A DNA stretch of 63,450 nt, the filler included, from Folioceros fuciformis (Eukaryota), in the NCBI GenBank assembly GCA_049999805.1. It is 7 parts of 7 records of this genome, joined end to end, with 100 filler letters (N's around TTAATTAATTAA, not from the genome) between each part and the next. Parts side by side here need not be neighbours in the genome. Positions count along the whole stretch, not along the records: positions 15,628 to 39,651 come from JBNGIO010004013.1; positions 39,752 to 46,596 come from JBNGIO010004015.1; positions 46,697 to 56,402 come from JBNGIO010004016.1; 4 more parts are not named here. One strand, written 5' to 3'. Positions 34,942 through 47,513 of this stretch are shown here, one piece after another. A program made the translations under genes and the position numbers. Position 1 is the first letter of the stretch; each line of letters starts with the position of its first letter. The notes under the pieces were generated by a model that was not told the origin of the DNA, searched no databases, and worked only from the letters and a program-made list of their open reading frames with translations.

Positions 34942-37400
34942 TGATGAAATATATCTAGGTTAGGGCACTATTCATTAGGGCACCTTACTTAAACATTATC
35001 TAGGGCATAAAGTAGTTACTTAATTAGTTGCTCTAGGTAGTTAGTTGTTATATTAGTTGCAACTACCTAGTGGTTACAACAACTTATGGTTGTAACCACC
35101 TAACCACCTAGCCTATATATAGGCTTGTACTCTTTACTTTCTTAATTCAATTGCAGTGTATCTCTTCTGCCTAAGAGCTATTGATTCTCATCATGGTATC
35201 ACAACATGTAGCTCTCTATGCTTAAGCTCTATGCTTCCTGCTATTCAATGCTATTCTAGATCTCTTCCATTGTTAACAATGCATTACAAGGACTTCATTC
35301 TAGGCAGCAATCGGGCATAGCATCAAGTGCTCAAATAATGCAAACTTTGTGCATCCAACTTCTCTTCGCTCTCCATGGATTCTTGTAGTCCTAGCAAACA
35401 TGGAAGAAAGGAGGAAAGTCAAGACTCAGAGAAGGAGGTGGCAACAAAAGGACTTCATAGAAGTTTCATCAGAGGAGTTTAATCTTCACTCCCCTACTGA
35501 ACATGATTTGCTTGAAGTCCATGTTTGTAACTTAATATCTGCCCTCCTCTCTAAGTCCAAACATAGAGCGAAGTCCATTATATTTGCTAGAAGGACCTTG
35601 CTCTCCACATTTAGCCTTTACCAATTAGGTGCTATTGAGTCCGCAATTTCTCAATTCATCAAATAAAAGTCTAGAACTTTCTTCCCTAATCTAGATAAAT
35701 TACAGCAATCACTTAACACCATCAGATTAGAAGCTATCCAAATACATACTTCGATTGATGAGAGATTGAATTAGCTCAACCAAGAGATATATTTAATCTC
35801 CAAAGTTGTTGAGAAACTAACTGTAGGAGAGGTTGCTAACTCTTCTGTTTGAAGCAATACAAATACTTGTAATAAAACAATGAAGAAGTGCAGCATGTGC
35901 TTGCGCGTTACTCCCAAATTCGTTGTGAGGACTTCGCGTCAAGCACAACCCAGCTATCTTCATTAATTTTGAATGTCACCTGCAATGTCTGAGGAGCAAG
36001 TTATTGACGAGGTTACCCACTCTGACGAGGACGCTGAAAAACTTTAAAAATGGCTTGCTAAAGAAAGAGCCAAATGAGAAGAAGAGTGGAAAAGAAAGAT
36101 TTCTGTCTCTCCACATTCAACTGTGGTTTATGGAGAAGGCTTTAAGGAGAAAGATAGATTCAATGGAAAAGGATATGACGTTTGGCAACTACGTGCCAAA
36201 GGAGTACTATGACAACGTGACTTATGGGATATCGTTAGCGGTGATATTGATTGTCCCCTCTGGAATCAAGATTCTAAAGCAAACTGGGACATCAAGGATT
36301 AGAAGGCTCAAGATATTATCATAAGCGGACTTATTGAATCAATGGTTTGGCAAGTCTTTGAAGCAGAAACCTCCAAGGAGATGTGGGACCGTCTGGCCCA
36401 GATATATGCATCAAGCGATGTTATGAGCATGTTAACGGCCACCCGCAATTTCCAAAATCTCAAAATGAGAGAAACCGATTCCATTGAAAGCCACATCACT
36501 GCATTTAGATTGGCCAAAAATAATCTTGAAGCAGCATCTAGTGAAAAGATCTCCGAGAAACAAGCCTTCATCAATCTTCTATCCACTCTACCATCTTCCT
36601 ATAGGCCTTTTGTGACAACACAAAATGCGGTCCTTTGCACTGCACAGAAGGATGCCGCAACAACAGGCTCATCAACGCTGAACATCAGCTTAAATGAGCT
36701 CATAGGAGCCATCATACAGGAGGACTCCAGCCGTCGTCACGACACTCGCTCCACCAAACAGCAGGTGATGTTCACAGCAAGTGGCAGAGGTAGAGGTCGA
36801 GGCCGAGGCAAAGGGTCTTTCATCTCTCGCCCATATATAAATTCCCCTTGTGGAGATATTACATCTTCTTCTACACCTGCAAGAGGTAAAAAGAAGATTA
36901 TTTGCAATTGGTGCAGAATTGGTGCAAATCATATGGAGAAGGACTACAACAAGAAGAAGAATGGCGAGCCTAGAAAAGAGGCCGCACCTGGAGCACATGT
37001 TGCTATGAAGAAACAATCTTCCACAACACCCTCAGCTCTCATTGTATGCTTGGCATCATCAAAGTCAACAAACCCAAATTGGTACTTGGGCAGTGGAGCT
37101 ACGTCACACATCTATCACAGCAGAAACTCTTTTGAGTCCTATTCGCCAGTATCTGGACACCAGGCTGTCCTGCTGGGCGATGACCACAACCTCCCCATCT
37201 CTGTTGTAGGTTCAGTCGCTCTCAGATGTTCTTCAGGCCAAGTTTTTTCTCTCTCTAATGTCCTTCACGTACCATCCATGTGTAAAAACTTAGTGTCAGC
37301 TGCCGGTTTTTGTTCACAACATAATTTGCACGTCATTTTAGATGCAGATAGTTGTATCATCTCTTATTTCCCGAGTGAATCACTAATCATCTGCACAGGC
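34942..37400 (+). mobile_element. Ty1/copia 5' part: LTR 34942-35193, PBS, long leader, gag and protease
   Basis: The LTR runs TGATG...CATCA with cctatatatagg inside, and TGGTATCA follows at 35194. Gag motifs RFNGKGYDVW and TSKEMWDRL, a degenerate knuckle, and protease WYLGSGATSH, NVLHVPSMCKNLVS. Confidence 0.88.
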
Positions 37401-37409
37401 ACTTTAGAG

Positions 37410-37759
37410 GACGGGTCTCCTATATTATCTCCCGTCACGCTTGACACTCGGACTTTCCTTGTTGTCACTCTGCTTCTTCTCCTTGCCTTTGTCCTTCTTG
37501 AACTTCTCGGAGTCCCTTCTGATGTGACCCTTCTTGTGACAATGGTAACACTCAACATTGTTACGACTACGAGACTTACTACGGGAATGACTTCGCTCCT
37601 TAACCTTCCTCTTTGAAAAGGACCTTCCTCTCACCATGAGGGCATTGGAACCTTTCGAAGGTTCCATATTCTTCATGTTTACCTCCTTTGATAACAGGCT
37701 ACCTTCTACATTTACAACGGTAAGACCACTGGCAGGAGCGGAATTACTCAGAGCTGTAC
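37410..37759 (-). mobile_element. Second Ty1/copia gag fragment (Tnt1-like) in the opposite orientation
   Basis: ALMVRGRS...RSKSRSR..ECYHCHKKGHIRRD zinc knuckle region. Confidence 0.8.
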
Positions 37760-39000
37760 TGTGGGGTTAAAATATGGTACCCGAGGGTACCGCGAGGTCC
37801 ACACAAGCCCTCTATGTCGTTGTAGCTCTGGGATTCGATCCCAAGGGAATGATTCGTGTTAAACTACACAGGTTAGCTTCTAAAGTCAATTAGCACCCAA
37901 ACTCGACTGACCCACGCACACACGTCCCGTGCTCGGTCCTTACCCAGTCCCCTTACTTCTCCCACTAGACGACCCTCCTACCACCCAATCGCACCAGGGA
38001 CTACCTCCCCCTAGACTACTCTTGGTGGCCCGCCGGACTACCCTCCGTTCCCCAATGGACTACTACTGTCGTCTTTCGGGCTACCACTCGTGGGTCCCAC
38101 TTCCTCTCTCTTTCTCTCTCTAGGATTTCCTCTCTCTCCGAGTCGTCCCTACCCGACTGTTTTCTCGTGCCTTCCCTTTTGCGCTTTCCTTCCTTGGTTC
38201 TCCACAAAATAGCCTCTCACCCTCAGGATCAAACGCACACACATATGAACAACGACAATCTGCCGGTCGCCTTCCACCCGTGTGATTTCACACTCTAGGT
38301 ACACCCTCTGCAGTCTCAAATCAACTTCCTCACAGTCTCTCCAGCCTCATCACGACTAGTCACTCATACTCACCACGTCTCGTTACACATTACTCACCTC
38401 GCTTCCAAGGTTTCTCCGGCTTCGTTCTCCACTCACCAGTTCTCGTTATACGTTCTCCTCGTCTCTGGTTACTCGCTTCTCCTCTTTCTCACACACGCGC
38501 ACCCTCGTGCTTCTTCTTTATCCAATCCTCCGTCTCCTTTCTCAGCAATGCCCCCCCCTGGGCTTCCATGAACATTGAGGAATGGTGAGGTACCGGAGCT
38601 AAGGGAAGAGGGACCTCTTCCACTCCGAACTCGCGGATTCGGCTCCGACACCCACACCACCCACGTGACCACTCCGAGGATAACTGGGGAGCTTCTCTCC
38701 CACTCGTGAGGCTCCTCCTCCCGATTCGTCCCCCGACCTGATCACGGAGCGCCCACCACCTACACCCGCACCCCAGGTTGCTACGTGCGCTCGCTTGTAT
38801 GGACCTCCTGTCCAGCAACGGCCATCGCTAGGTTCCTGCAAGGTCGACTGCTCGGCTGGTGTTTTGCTACTTCCTTAGGCCTTCAAACCGGCCTCTTGTA
38901 CACGGTGATGGCGGTTTTTCCGCCATAAAGTTTGTCAGGCAAGGGGGCTGCGCTCTTAAATTCTGAGCGACTTGGGTCCAAATAAAGCACGCTAAAAAAA
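37760..39000 (-). mobile_element. LTR of family A, second copy; far boundary uncertain
   Basis: Reverse-complement homology to 1340-1446 and 720-760. It interrupts the copia gag at 37760. Confidence 0.65.
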
Positions 39001-39751
39001 ACTATTCTAGCCTGCATTTACTATCGCCCTGTCCTGTGCCGCTGGCGGCTTTCTTCTGGTCTTCGCACGTCACCCCTCGCTGCTCCTCCTCTCGCTCTTC
39101 TGCCCCTCCGATGATCCGGCATGTCCTCCCAGAGGATCTCCACATCACTGTTGCTGCTGCTGGGCCTGGCTGGCGGTGCAGGTGGGTCCCACAGCTGTGG
39201 TCCACCACCCCTCCTCCTTCTCTAGTTATTGAGGACAGCCACAGGCGCCCGTTCTACCCAGCGCTGGGCCTCCTCTTCCGTCAGTTCCTCCAGAACTGCC
39301 TCCGCATAGCAGTGGGGCAGTCCTGTCACCCACCATCTGTAGTGGTAGAGTCCCAGGCGCGTCCTCAACTGCAGGACGTAGCCCCGCGTCCCTCCTATGC
39401 CCATACGTACATACAAAAACAGCTTCAGAACCCTGGCCCCTTCTACATACAGTCCTGGCACATAGGAGGCCTCCTCCTCATACTGCAGCACAATCCAACC
39501 TTCTGTCATCACAGAGGTGCTTACCCCGTCCTCCCTTGGGCTACCTCGGGTTGCCTGCTCCCCCTCCTGCTGGGGTACCTGAAGGTTCTCTGCCTGCCCA
39601 GCTGTTGTCTCCTCCGGTTTTGTTCTCCTGGTACGGGTCACCCTCCTGGAGNNNNNNNNNNNNNNNNNNNNNNNNNNNNNNNNNNNNNNNNNNNNTTAAT
39701 TAATTAANNNNNNNNNNNNNNNNNNNNNNNNNNNNNNNNNNNNNNNNNNNN

Positions 39752-41119
39752 CCCCGCGAGCGGTTGCCCGACTTAAGTTGGGCACCGTTTTGCTGGGGGT
39801 CGCGACCCCTTGCTTGGGCGCGCCTCCTGTGACGCGCGCGCTTGGTACAATCTCACCGATGGAAACCACCTGGGGCTGTGAATCTGGGCCACCATGAGAA
39901 TCTCTGCTTCTAACAGATGGGGCGCCGTGATTGGCTGATGAATTCGGGCGCCTCTCTGCTCCAGATTGCTGCCGAGATGGATGAAAATCGGTGACGATCA
40001 GATCGTCGTCGCTCTCCCCCCAGGCAGAATTTCCAGCAGAATTGAGGCCGTCGGACAGATAGAGGGAAGTGCTAGATTCTTCATGGCGCCTTGAGGACGT
40101 CCTGCAAGGTGAGGAATTGTGCTGGGAATCAGTGGAAAAACCAGAACGCCTGAATCTTGCTTGCAATCTCCTGTTTTGTCGATTGTGATGACTTGGGGAT
40201 TGAGCGGGTCCAAATTCTCGACGATTGAGGGCCTCATCAGGCTGAGGAGTCCACCCTCGGTTATCCAATGCTTGGATTAAGGCGTCCAGTAAGTTGTTGC
40301 CCAAGGATTGAAAGTGGCGAGGTGCAAACTGCCATCCGAATCCTCGTGAATTCCTTCGTTGAAGCGATTGCCCTTGAGAACGCTCCACATTGTCACCATA
40401 GCGCCGAGAATGAGCAGCGTTGCGACGATTTCTTGCCATGTTCGACTGTCAAAGAGAGTGTAGCTTGATTAGGAGAAAAGCTTAGAAAGGAAATGTGTAA
40501 GAAGGAGAAAGGCAGAATGCCTTCCCTTAAACACACACCCATGCTTTTAAGCCTTTGTAGAGAACCCTATGAGATCTCCTTTTTCCTTTTTTTTTTTTTG
40601 AAGAAATGAAAAATGGAAAAATTGTAGGACACTAAAACTAATACTATCAATATAGTAAGACTAGATTTAGTGTATGGCTTAGGTGAGCCCAACTACACAG
40701 ATACATGAAAAATGACGACAAAGATATTGTCGTGTCTTACAGTGGTGGTCTGATTATTCCAATCTGCTAACGAGAACGACGTATCTAGCGCTTCTATCCA
40801 TAAGTGAGCATATAGAGCTTCATGCGTCCATTGCTCACCTAGATAGTGATACATACGTAATCTAGCCATTGGATCTGAAGACCAAGGTAAGAGCCCTGTG
40901 GCTCTGATACCAAGTTAGAATTGCATGCGGAAGCGTCTTAAACAAAGATGCTATATTAACAAAAGTTAAAATTAGTGTGTTCATAGGTGGGCTTTTATAG
41001 GTGGTCTCCCAAGGGATGTGTCCTTTCGCTAGCTTGGCTAACTACCTATATTAACTGCTAAGTCTAGTTGACTAACCATATTGGTACAGAACCAACGTGG
41101 TCTGCTATTATTTCTAACT
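39752..41119 (-). mobile_element. LTR element with 207-bp LTR (41119-40913), tRNA-Met PBS (40912-40901) and an orphan ORF starting at 40439
   Basis: An 8-bp terminal inverted repeat AGTTAGAA...TTCTAACT with TATA-like ctataaaag inside, followed immediately by TGGTATCAGAGC. It is inserted into LTR family B. Confidence 0.75.
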
Positions 41120-43965
41120 TCCTCGCCAGCCAGCGGCGACCCAGCCCGTCTGGTCAACAAGTCCGGATCTTGCCGCCTGCTTAACACGATCCAGACCAGC
41201 CGGCACGACACGATCCGGGCCCGCCTACCATTGTTGCCTGGATCCTGCCACCCCGGCCCCGCTCAGCCCCAGCAATCCGGCCAGGCTTAGATTCTCAACC
41301 AACCAACCAGCCTGCTAGACTGATCTTGGCACCCGCCTGTCGAAGAGCCGGTCACCTGGAGGCCAACGCTCCCCTCTAATCCGCCTGGCCGACTGAATCC
41401 GGCCCCAGCCGTCTAGAGGCCCTTCCTCCCAAGCAGCCAGTCTTCATCGCCAGCCAAGCCGCCTGCATCGAGGCCACACACCGACGTCCTGTCTTCCAAA
41501 TCCAGCCAGGCAGCCAGCCTGCCCGGCTTGGCTGCCGCTAGGTTCGTCTACTTGGAGGCCGGAAGCAGCCTGCCTGGCTACTTGGGTTCCTGCAGCCAGA
41601 CACTGCCCGGCTCTTAGGTCCTTCCCCGGCCACTTTGCTGCCTGATCGACTCTGCCCGCCACCTAGCCGCACGCCATCCACTGCCGCTACTGGCTGCCTG
41701 CAGCCCGATCTGCTAGGCTCTGGCTGATCGGCCAGAGCCCGAATCACCCCGAAGCCCACAGCTGCCAAGCCTGGATCCTACTGCCGCTGGGCCTCCTACC
41801 GGCTTCAATNNNNNNNNNNNNNNNNNNNNNNNNNNNNNNNNNNNNNNNNNNNNNNNNNNNNNNNNNNNNNNNNNNNNNNNNNNNNNNNNNNNNNNNNNNN
41901 NNNNNNNNNGCCACAACCCTGGAGTGTCCTATCTTCGACCTTGGTAGCCGCCCGCCTGGCCTACCCGGCTACTTGCCATGATCCCACCCAGCCAGCCACT
42001 GCGTGGGATCTTGCTGCTGGGACGCTTGCCAGCCTTCGGATCCAGCCCTGGTCCCGATTAGCTTGGATCCACCCCGCTTGCTGCTTGGCCGTGATCCATC
42101 CAGCTTGCATGGCGTGCTCCTGGCTTCGACCTGGTTCCGCCGACCTGCTACTGACCAGTCCAGGAGCCTGCAAGCTGGCCTGCCTGCTTCCCAGCAACCG
42201 GGCCGGGCTGGGCTGCTGCCTAAGCTCTTTAGTAGCCCGCCACCCGCCAAGATCCCTCCTAGCCTAGACTCCCCCTCGGCTAGGATCTCACTGGCCCACC
42301 GGCCGCCTTGATCCGCCTCAAACTCACCTGCCAGCCATTACCGCTTGGATTAGCCCAAGGCCCGTCTGGCCTAGATCCAGCGCCACCTCTGGCTGCCTAC
42401 CTGGCCGGCCAGCGCCTGGTCCTTGCTAGCCCTTGGGCTATCTGCCTGGCCGCCTCTAGCTGCAGCCAGGCCGGTCCCCTGGTTGGCTAAATCCAACCCG
42501 CCAGCCTGCAGACCAATCTACTACTGCAGCCAGCTAGTGGCCACATGGCGATCCGGCCAGGCCCACCTACCAGGATCCGCCCGACCAGCCACCCGTTCTA
42601 TTCCCCCGGCCTGCCCTACATCTTGGATCTAGCCAGGCAGCTAGCCCGCAAGGCCGCCTGCTGCCTGCCTGCAACTGGGCCGGGTTGGGCTGCTGGCTAG
42701 GCTCCTCAGCAGCCAGCCAGCCAGCTAATCAGCCCTTGACCTCCTCCTGGCTCTGGTCTGGCTTAGATCCACCCTGGCCAGCCTGCCAGCCCTTGCAAGC
42801 TGGCCGGCCTGCCTGCTAGCAGCCAGACCGGGCTGGGCTGGCTGCTGGTGGCCGGGCTGACTGCCTGCTCCAGGATCGGCCAGCCAGCCAGACCCACTAC
42901 TGCTACCAATCTGGTCCGGCACCCTCCTGCTTGGATGCCAACTCGCCAACCGCCTAGCTGCATGGATCTGGCACTGCCACAGCCCGCCGGAGCACCCTGC
43001 CCCCAACTAGAACCTCCACCGGAGCTGGCCACCGCGATCCATCCTGGCCCCTAATCCCTTTGCCTGCAGCAGGCCTGCCCACCGACCAGCCAGGCCGCCT
43101 ACCCGTCCAACTCACTGGATCCCACCGGGCCTCAGCCCGAATCCAGGTCTCAGCCTGCGCCGACACGGCCTGCTTTAGTCTTGCCCTAGCCTGCCATGCC
43201 CCGGAGCGCCCTGGAGGGTAGGATCCGGCCCATCCTAGCTCTGAGCCTGGCCTGCCTGGCTGCCTCCAGCCATGACTAGCCGCAACCAGCCCGAGCGAAC
43301 TCGCCCCCTGCAGCCTGGCTGCTTCGGCCCCGATTTAGCCAGGCCGCCGATTGGCCAGGGTCCAGCCAGTCAGCCTAGCTACCCGGATCCACCCCTGCCA
43401 TCTGGAGCCCCTAGCCAGTCGCCAGCCTTGGCCTCCCAAACTCCTTGCCGCCTAGCCGGGCCGTCCAGGCTATCTAGCTGGATGCCCTGCAGCCGGTCCG
43501 CCAGCCAGCCCTCCTGCCAGCCTACTGCCAGCCGCTTGCCCACAGGCCGCAAGCTGGCTCCTGCCTTTTGAATCCGGCCATATCTAGGCCACCACCCCGG
43601 ATCTTGCCGGTCTGCTAATCTGGCCACCTGTGCTCTAGTGATCCCTATCCACCCAATGCACCAGGGTAGCGTCCCGACACCTCCATCTCCGTCCCCAGCT
43701 TCCACCGGCACTCTCCCAGGAAACCCCAACTCACCTCCCCACGACCAAATCTAGGGTTCCCTGTTCATCTAGACACCCTAACCAGCGAAACCTAGACCTG
43801 TGACCGGTACCACACTTCCTACTCAGACCCTATTCACTAAACCACTAATCTAACCTCTAATCTAGCCTAATCTCCTAACCACTTCTCTACGAAATTCAAT
43901 CAGAAATCCCAAAAAAAACAAACACTACCATTTTCCAGGGATCTATTCGTCATATGGACTCCACA
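41120..43965 (-). mobile_element. Family B long GC-rich LTR, copy 2 (5' portion)
   Basis: 43800-43965 is the reverse complement of 2141-2300. 41120-42610 is closely collinear with 59538-61000. Confidence 0.88.
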
Positions 43966-46596
43966 CCATGAGCAGACCGTCAAGAGTCTGTAAGGACACG
44001 GAGCATGAGATAATTTGGTTCATGCAAGGTAGCGTGATTTCGCACCAGATTGCTCTCAGGAAGCAGAGACTTAAGGTCTTGTGAGTAAAACTCCAGTTAG
44101 AAGCAGTCTGGTTCTTGCAGACATTTATCAGGTGTGAGTACTCAAGAAGGATTGAGTGACAACCTTGAGTGGTGGCAAGAATGGCCAGTGACAGTATTAA
44201 CTAGATTGTGCAGGAGAAGCTGGACAAAAACAACTTTCATGCCTGGAAGTTTCGTTTTACAAACTTTCTTATGGGAAAGGGGTATTGGGACTACATAGAG
44301 GGGGAGGATGAAAAATCCCCTATAGTACTTGAACGGAATGCAACAGCGAAGTAGATTAAGGCGCTGAAGGATTAGAGTCAAGGATCTCGGAAGGTCATGT
44401 ATTGGCTGTCAATCAGCATTCATGACACCATTATTGGGCACATACAGGATGCAGAGTCGCCCAAAGAAGCATGGGATGAGTTGGTCAAACTCTATGAGAC
44501 TAACACCAAGGCGAGGAAACTGCAGTTGAAGAATCAAGAAGAACTTATCAATCAATGAGTACGCGTTAAAGATCAAAGGGATAGTGGAATCCCTTGCGTC
44601 CATTGGTGTCAGTGTGGAAAATGACAACACGGTCAAAGTTTGCTTGCGCGGGTTAACACCTGCCTATAAGCAGTTCAAGACTTCCATACAGACTCGGGAA
44701 AACATTCCCAATTTCTCATACTTGATTTCTATGTTGATTATAGAGGAGAAAAACCTAGGCGAGGAATCATCCTCTAGCCCTAAGGAAAACTCTGAGCAGG
44801 CCTTCTACTTTCGCAGAGGCAGAGGTAGAGCCCAAGGTGGAAGAGGGCAAAGAGGTGGTAGAGGTAGAAATTCCTACCAAAATCAGCAACAGAATCAGGA
44901 GTCCCAGTACAAGAGTACACTTGGAAGAGGAGAAAATTCTCGAGGCTAGGGGAGTCAAAGAGGACGTGGAAATCAACAACAAAATGATGCAAATGCAGAC
45001 AATAGTGGTTGCTGGACTTGTGGTAGCTTAGACCACTTCGAAAGAAACTGTCCACGGAGAAGTCAAGGCAACAGGAGGCAGCAGAACAATTATGCCTCTA
45101 GCAACAGTCAGAATGACTCGGACAACTTGTTTGTCATGCAGCATATGCTTAACTTTGTGTCTGCAAATGGATCCACCAATGGTGAGATTGTGTGGTATGT
45201 GGACTCAGGAGCTTCGAACCACATAGCATGCCATGGGGAGTGGTTCAAAGAAATGCAAGTGCTTGACAAACCTGGATATGTGGAAACTGGAGATGACACA
45301 ACACATGAAATTGTGCATACAAGAACTGTACCTCTGAAGATGCAGGATGGCAAAGTGAAGTGCCTGGTACCTGTTCTTCGTGTACCCAACATCACAAAGA
45401 ACTTGGTGTCGGTTGGGCAGATGGTTGAGCAAGGACTGCAGGTTAGGTTTACACCTGCAGGACTCTTTGTTGAAGAGTGCAAGAAAGGCGGTCACCTGAT
45501 TGCTCAAGGACAGAAGGTTGGATAGATGTTCACCTTGAACGTGGAGGTTCCTAAGCTGAAGTCAGCCATGTTTGTGAAGGGTACAAGGGTAGTGTCGGAC
45601 CTAGAGATGTGGCACAAACCCATTGGACATGTGAATGTGTAGAAGTTGAAGTCCATGCAGCATCAGAAGGTTGTCACAGGCATACCCAAGCTTACAGATT
45701 ATGGACTGCAAGGTGTATGTGAAGCATGTCAACTTGGGAAACAGCTTAGGAATGCGTTCCCCCATGACAAACATATCAGCAGACATGTGTTGGATGTTGT
45801 GCATTTAGATGTATGGGGTCCTACACAAACTGCATCAATCGGAGGATGCAAGGACTATGTGACCTTCATTGACGACCACACAAGGAAGGTGTGGGTCTAT
45901 TTCATGAAAGAAAAGAGTGAAGTGATCACTCATTTTCATACTTTCAAGGCGATGGTTAAGAAGCAGACAGGTAGGCACATCAAATGCCTAAGATTTGATG
46001 GAGGGGGAGAGTACTTCTCCAGAGAGTTCAGCAAATTCTTATCTGAACAGGGCATTCAATTGCAGTACTCATGTCGTTATACGCCACAACAAAATGGAGT
46101 TGCAAAGCGCAAGAACAGGCACATAGCAGAAGTGGCGAGAGCATTGATGACAGAGAAGAAGATGCCTCACTACTATTGGGCTGAAGCTGTAAACACAGCA
46201 GTGTACATCATGAACAGAACTCCCACAATAGCGGTGCATAGTGTAACACCGGAGGAGAAGTTCACAGGGAAGAAACCCGACTTGTCACACTTAAAGGTAT
46301 TTGGTTGCATTGCTTATGTCCATATTCCGGATGAATTGCGGACTAAGCTTGATCCAAAAGCAGAAAAGTGTGAATTGCGGACTAAGCTTGATCCAAAAGC
46401 AGAAAAGTGTGAATTGTGGACTAAGATTGATCCAAAAGCAAAAAAGTGTATCTTCATTGGGTATTACGTTACACGGAAAGGATATAGATGCTACAATCCC
46501 AGTACACGAACTATGAGAGTAAGCAAAGACATAGTCTTTGATGAAATGGCTAGCTGGTACTTTGAAGTACAAGCAAGTGGTGTAGCTGATGTGCAT
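43966..46596 (+). mobile_element. Degenerate Ty1/copia gag-protease-integrase
   Basis: KLDKNNFHAWKF, CWTCGSLDHFERNC, WYVDSGASNH, CEACQLGKQ, VHLDVWGP, DGGGEY, YTPQQNGVA and KGYRCYNP. Confidence 0.93.
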
Positions 46597-46696
46597 NNNN
46601 NNNNNNNNNNNNNNNNNNNNNNNNNNNNNNNNNNNNNNNNTTAATTAATTAANNNNNNNNNNNNNNNNNNNNNNNNNNNNNNNNNNNNNNNNNNNN

Positions 46697-46820
46697 AGCA
46701 GCAAGGAACCCCATCGCTCCTTCGTGGGAACGAAACCCAATGTCTCAACGACAGTGGGATAAGTGTGGCCACTAAAGGTGGAACCCGTTGGCAATCGGTG
46801 CCCGGGGTTTTGCCTCCACA
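46697..46820 (+). mobile_element. 3' end of another LTR related to families A/B
   Basis: ccttcgtgggaacgaa...acgacag...aagtgtggcc...ctccaCA parallels the ends at 6092 and 1446. Confidence 0.45.
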
Positions 46821-47513
46821 CCATGGGGAAGGTGAGTCTTTAGGGTCCGTGAGAGGCTTAGAGATGGATGTATCAGTGGCTTTGGTAGTTCGCGGGTACC
46901 ATCGGGTAGGGGAGCGCTCTCGGAGCGCCTTGTCTTGAGTTTTGGGCTCAAGGCCAGTTTCCCCCCTTTTGGTACTCGACTTATGTACATACGTTAGCAG
47001 GGTTTTCCTTTGTATTGTAAGTGGGAGGAGTCTTCCACTCATAATCAGAATTATATTTTTTTCGCGAAAAAAAAAAGTTTCGCTTTCCACTTGTCATTTA
47101 TGTGTCTTTGGTATTGTTCCCGGTCTACCGGCGCACTTCCGCTTGTTTTAGGCCGATGGACTGGCAGTCTATCCCGCAACCCTTTTTGGAAAATGCAGAC
47201 AGATATTGGCAGGTGATAACTTTCAAGAATAGGATCAACTCCTATGAGGTATAGGTCAAACACGCAGGACCTTACATGGAATCAGATAACACCTGAATTA
47301 CGTGATACCCGCCATAATACGGAGTTTTGTCATGTATTTGAATGCAAGGACGCCCGCAAAATTGATGTTTACAGTCGTACGCAACACTCTTTTAGGCCAC
47401 ATATATGCATCTCTTGACAAAAACGCATGAAAATGCGGATATCTGACACGAATTTTGAGCGTCAAAATCTCGCAAAGCCCGAAATGGCAGAATCCGCCCG
47501 TCTGGGTTAGACC

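Noticed and set aside
36342..37616. 424-aa ORF ending in a hydrophobic, env-like transmembrane tail
   Set aside because: The tail is the antisense reading of a second copia gag fragment joined at ~37400.
39016..39651. ORFs on both strands next to the family A LTR
   Set aside because: No recognisable domain. Probably retroelement internal sequence truncated by the scaffold end.
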